Positions 59,660 through 64,000 of a DNA stretch of 64,000 nucleotides are shown here, in pieces. Under the pieces are notes generated by a model. That model did no database searches. It was not told where the DNA came from and saw only the letters and a program-made list of their open reading frames with translations. Position 1 is the stretch's first letter, and each line of letters opens with the position of its first letter. Position numbers and translations under genes: made by a program. The DNA is taken from positions 172,921 to 236,920 of the forward strand of contig CAVXXD010000013.1 in NCBI GenBank assembly GCA_963765625.1, in the 5' to 3' direction. The DNA comes from an uncultured bacterium. Its GTDB lineage: Bacteria > Actinomycetota > Geothermincolia > Geothermincolales > Geothermincolaceae.

Positions 59660-61577
59660 CAATAGAGAACGTCGTGGTTTACGGGGTACGTTGACGTTGA
59701 ACACCGTGTCGAACTGGACGATCAATGAGAACAGCTCTCCCAGCGTACCCATTGCCCCTCCACCCTCGACTTCCCCCAGCCAGCCTCTGTTGGGCTTCCG
59801 GATCCTGGCCAGGATGAGGTCCAGATCGCCGCGGGTCAGGGTGATGGTGACGTCCGCGCTTTCCGCCCGCCGGAGAAGTGGTTGAGCACGCCGTTCTCCA
59901 GCCGGAGCAGGCTCCCGGTCCAGCAGGTCGGTGATAGACGGACCTGATCCCGGATGGCCTTGTCGGCGGCCTCGCCAGCCGTTTAGGCTGATGGCCATGT
60001 AGTCGGAGATCATCTCCAGGCTCATGGCCCTCTGCACGTCGTTGCCGCTGATCGCCGACATCGGGGTTCTTGTCCACGCCCTCCCGCAGCTCAACGGCCC
60101 CGGTGAGGTACATGTCGCGCCAGGGGCCCGACTCGGCCTGGTAGGCCATCTGCTCGAGGGCGTCGGCCAGCAGTATTTCGGCGCTTCCCGGTTGTCTCCG
60201 CCGCGCGAACACCAGCGGTCAACGAGCTCCGGCCACCCACCGGTACTCGCCGGCGTCGAAGGCGGCGCGGGCCCGCTCGCGCACGGCGGCGGTTCCCCCC
60301 ATGCTTCACGTACCGGCGTCGACTCCTCGGGTGGCAGGGGGTGGAGGTGCGCCGGATTGCCGTCATACCACCCCATGTACCGCTGGTAGATCGCCTTCGC
60401 ATTGTGGCTTCATCTTAACCGTAGTAGCCACGGTTGTACCAGTGCCCCGGCCAGCTTGCGGCGGGCAGCGCGGCCGCTCCGCGATCTCGATGCCGATGGC
60501 ATAGCCCTGGTTGACCAGGTCGACCGGACGCTCTGGTCGTGCAGGTACTTGTAGATGTCGCGCTGGTTGCTCGAGATAATCTCGCAGCGCTCCCGCCCCC
60601 AGCGGCCAGAGGTGGCTGGCGAACACGACGTCGGTATTGCGCCGTACAGCTCGATCGCCTCGGTGAGGTAATCGGCCCAGGCCATGGCGTCGCGCACCAT
60701 CGCGCCACGTAGGGTGAGGAGGTTGTGCAGGGCAAGGGGGCAGTTCTCGGCCGTGCACAACGCCTTGTACTGGGAGAAGAATGTCATCTCCGCCGGCGCC
60801 TCGTGTCGGGGTCAGCTGGAAGAGGACCGACGCCGTCGATGGTGAGGGTCTGGTGCGGTTGAGTCTATGATGACGGTGGGCACGATGAGCGAGCGGTTGC
60901 CAGCGACGTTCACTGACCGAGCCCCGCGCCCACGTGTCCGGTCGGGACCGCCGGCAGGAGGCCGCCGAACAGGTAGGTAGCCCGGCGGCTCCTCGCGTTG
61001 CCGGCGATCACGTTCTCCGCACCGCCGCTTCGGGGAAGCGTCGGCGCGAGGATCTGGACCTTCCCGACCGCGACGTCCTCCTGGTAGATCACCCCGCGCA
61101 CCCCGCCGCAGTGGTCGACGTGACTGTGGGTGTAGATCATCGCGACCACGGGCCGGTCGCCGAGGTGCTGGCGCACAGCTCAAGAGGTGGCCGCGCATAC
61201 GCTCTGATCAGCGGGTCGATGACGATGTATCCGGTGTCGGTCTCGACGATGCTCATCACCTCGAGAGGTCGGCATCCTTCACCTGGTAGATGCCGTCCAC
61301 CACCTTGACAGGCTGGTGGAACATGTTCAGGCGGGCCTGCCGCCACAGGCTGGGGTTGACGGTGGGAGGCGCGTCTTCTTCTTCCAGGAAGGAGTATTTT
61401 GGTCAGGTCCCACGCCACCCGGCCTTCCGCCGTCCTGATCACCGGGTCCTCGAGCCGGGCGATGAAACCCCGCTGGCGCGTCCTCGAACTCCTTGCCCCC
61501 CAGTTGCAGTGGGCGTGGCCACACAAGGCTTGGTTGGCTTGCCCGGTAAAGCTGGTGCGTCTCTTCGGCGCGGACAT
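59660..61577 (-). CDS. Alkyl/aryl sulfatase (SdsA/BDS1-like MBL fold), heavily frameshifted
   Basis: [83 protein letters not shown]. Confidence 0.8.
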
Positions 61578-61689
61578 TCCTCGCTACTCCATCCAAGGGT
61601 TGTCGCTATGGGCGGAAACGGGCTTAGAAACGCTTTTTGTAGTCGGGGCACTCGGTGGCGTTGGGGCGCGCCGGATTGGTGCAGGCGCT

Positions 61690-62654
61690 GGGTAATCGTA
61701 CATACAGCTGTCGCAGAGCAGGCGCTTACCGAGAAAATAGACCTTCAAGTTCCTCGAACAGGCTCATGGGCTCCAGCCCCACGAAACAGCACCCGGACAC
61801 GAGGGCCTCGAAGTCGCGAAGAACAACTTCTCCCGGTCCGCGGCGCAGAAGAAGGGGGCAACGCCTCGATCCAGCCCTTGATCATGCCGTAGTCGAAATC
61901 TTCACCGAGGGCCTGCCCGCCGTAGGGGCCATCCGTGCCATAGAGGCACTCGCCCGCTCCCAGGTATTCCACCGCAGCGGCCACGAGGGCGGGGTTGAAG
62001 GGCGAAGGGCTGGAGAAGGTCGATGAAGACGCCCTCTTTTTCTTTCGCGTAAGCCCAGACTGAAGATGTATGTGGCGTGGGCGAGATCACCTTCAGGCCG
62101 GGGTAGCGGTCGGGAGGCGCCGGAGATCGCCGCGGCCAGCCTGTGCCCCGAGGTGGACCTGCAACGGCCTGCTCCGAGCACCAGGCGGCCACGGGGTCCA
62201 GCAGGCTGACGGGGTAGCGGTGCATGAAGGGATGGCTGGTCCACCAGGCCGGGGTGGTCTTTCACTTCTCGAGTTCGGAGACGGGTCGTGGACGGCGGCA
62301 TTGACGAAGGCCCATCCCATCAGGCGGCCGGGGTGCTTCTTGATCGGCGCCAAGACGAGGACGTTGTCGCGCTCCGGGTAGATGCGGATCTTCTTGTTGA
62401 TGAGGACGAAGTTGCCCTTCTTGTCCACCATGGTCGCAAGCAGCGTGGCCCAGCGGATTAAGGCGTACCAGGTTGAGGCGCAGCATATACTGGGCATGCT
62501 GCATCACCGGGCCGTGTAGCTGGCGACCGGCTCGCAGATGGCGCCGATGATGGCGGCTTTGTCGAGGCCGCGCTGGTTCGATGCACGCCAGCATGCGCTC
62601 GAGGGTCAGGGCCTCGGGGTCGAAGTGGACGGTGGGCGTGTCGATGACGGTCAT
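61690..62654 (-). CDS. Amidohydrolase_2 family protein, heavily frameshifted
   Basis: VID(x)H start, PGRLMGWAFVN, VHLG, RYPGLKVI, CLYGTDGPY across frames. Confidence 0.65.
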
Positions 62655-62745
62655 GCGTTTATTCTACTACAGGATCGGGGGGGTATATTATTAAGCGACG
62701 CGTGAATCGTGTGGAGATTGGCCATTGGACGGAAGGAGGCCTGGC

Positions 62746-63424
62746 ATGAACATCTCTACGAGGCTCGCGGCCATCGAAGCAATGATTCAGCTGGTGAGCC
62801 TCGATGGAGCGCTTCGAGAGGTTGCTGGACCTGATAGGCGCGGGGAGGTTCCCGCGGGATGTCATGACGAGATCCGCCTCTACGGCGAATACCTGCCCAA
62901 GGTGGACGAACTGGGGTTCACGCGCCCAGAGGCACCTGCACTTCCTCTGGGACTGCCTGGACCGTCTGTCCATCGGCCTGGTGGTCGACTTCTCCTTCCC
63001 TTTCCGGCGCATGGTCGCCGGACGCCTCTTCAAACGCTGCGGCGAGCGCTTCAACGCCGAGCAGAACGTCCAGTTCAATTTCGGCCACAACCTCGAGGTG
63101 GGCTCGGACGTCTTCCTCAATCGCAACGTCTTCCTCGACACCAAGGGGGGCATCGATCTGGGGGACGGGGTGGGGCTGGGCGAGAACGTGATCGTCTTCA
63201 CCCACTCCCACTCCGAGTCAGTCCACCGCGAGCGCACCTACGGCAAGGTGACCATAGGGTCCTACGCCAAGATCGGTTCCGACTCCATGCTCCTGCCGGG
63301 GGTGACGGTCGGCGAGCAGGCCATCGTCGCGGCCAAATCCATGGTGACGCACGACGTGCCCCCCAACACGGTGGTGGCGGGCGTCCCCGCCACGGTGGTC
63401 AGGAGCGCCGCAACAGGGGCGTGA
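62746..63424 (+). CDS. Hexapeptide-repeat acyltransferase (frameshifts in 5' part)
   Basis: LEVGSDVFLN, IFTHSH-like VFTHSH, LPGVTVGEQAIVAAKSMVTHDVPPNTVVAGVPA. Confidence 0.8.
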
Positions 63425-63576
63425 CGGCAGCGGATCTCAAGCACATCTGGCTCAAGGACGGCGCCTTTCAGCAATAAACGGCCGTATACTACCAGGGCCG
63501 CATTGCAACGGTTCCATCGGAATCACTTTATAAACAATAGAATGTTCATGCCAAATGTTTTTTAAGGAGGATGTGA

Positions 63577-64000
63577 ATGAGCAAATGGAGCCAGATGTAC
63601 GCGGACAAGCTGACCACCCCCGCGGAGGCCATGAAGGACATCAATCTACTGGGACAAAGTGTGGGCCAGCGGCGGCTCCTCCACTCCGGCGGTATTTATG
63701 GACGCCCTCTTCGACCGGGCTCCCGAGCTCCGGGACGTGAAATTCGGGAGTTACATCATGCTGGCGCCCACCGCCAAGGTGATGCAGCCGGAGTTGCAGC
63801 GGAACATTCTCATCGAGGACCATCGACGGCGACGCCGCTGGACCGCGGTTTCCTGGCGGCCGGCCTGATCACCCACTCGCCCTACAACTTCCACCAGCTC
63901 AGCCGGACGGCCAACAGCGACGCCGGTTACCACAAGCTCCTGATCCAGACCGGCCCCATGGACGAGAACGGCTACCTCAACCAGGGCACCTTCGCCAACT
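63577..64000 (+). CDS. Acetyl-CoA hydrolase / 4-hydroxybutyrate CoA-transferase family, 5' part (runs off window, frameshifted)
   Basis: KLTTPAEAMKDI, PMDENGYLN; GGAGG RBS. Confidence 0.65.
   Translation, partial: MSKWSQMYADKLTTPAEAMKDINLLGQSVGQRRLLHSGGIYGRPLRPGSRAPGREIRELHHAGAHRQGDAAGVAAEHSHRGPSTATPLDRGFLAAGLITHSPYNFHQLSRTANSDAGYHKLLIQTGPMDENGYLNQGTFAN

Overview
High-GC bacterial chromosomal window from an apparent anaerobe (flavodiiron protein and rubredoxin, 2-hydroxyacyl-CoA dehydratase pair, glutaconate-type CoA transferase, FAD/Fe-S oxidoreductases). The YFAEG...ERPMYFNY surface repeats suggest a deep-branching anaerobic actinobacterium such as Ca. Geothermincolia; this is inference. 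Confident features include a TPP riboswitch with thiM, tldD/pmbA, a lexA-small ORF-dinB cassette with a palindromic operator, pfk, MMPL, tRNA-Val(CAC), gctAB, xseAB, and biotin carboxylase/carboxyltransferase/bioY genes. The best candidate for an undescribed system is 12.9-23.0 kb: a ~1800-aa secreted MofA/OmpB-like multicopper oxidase with two inserted repeat arrays and a perfect FNR-type box, next to a Cys-motif ABC exporter, a degenerate Cys-rich TupA-fold lipoprotein and a CxxC lipoprotein. A second candidate is a pseudokinase-PASTA / M23-hydrophobic-tail / membrane protein operon at 51.4-55.4 kb. Three different REP-like palindromes sit at convergent gene junctions, and a toxin-antitoxin remnant next to the tRNA breaks at a 28/30-nt match to the surface repeat. 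Single-base indels occur sporadically and become dense after ~51 kb, most likely long-read consensus errors, so coordinates there are approximate. No CRISPR array, rRNA or transposase was seen. All family assignments are from motif recognition, not database searches.
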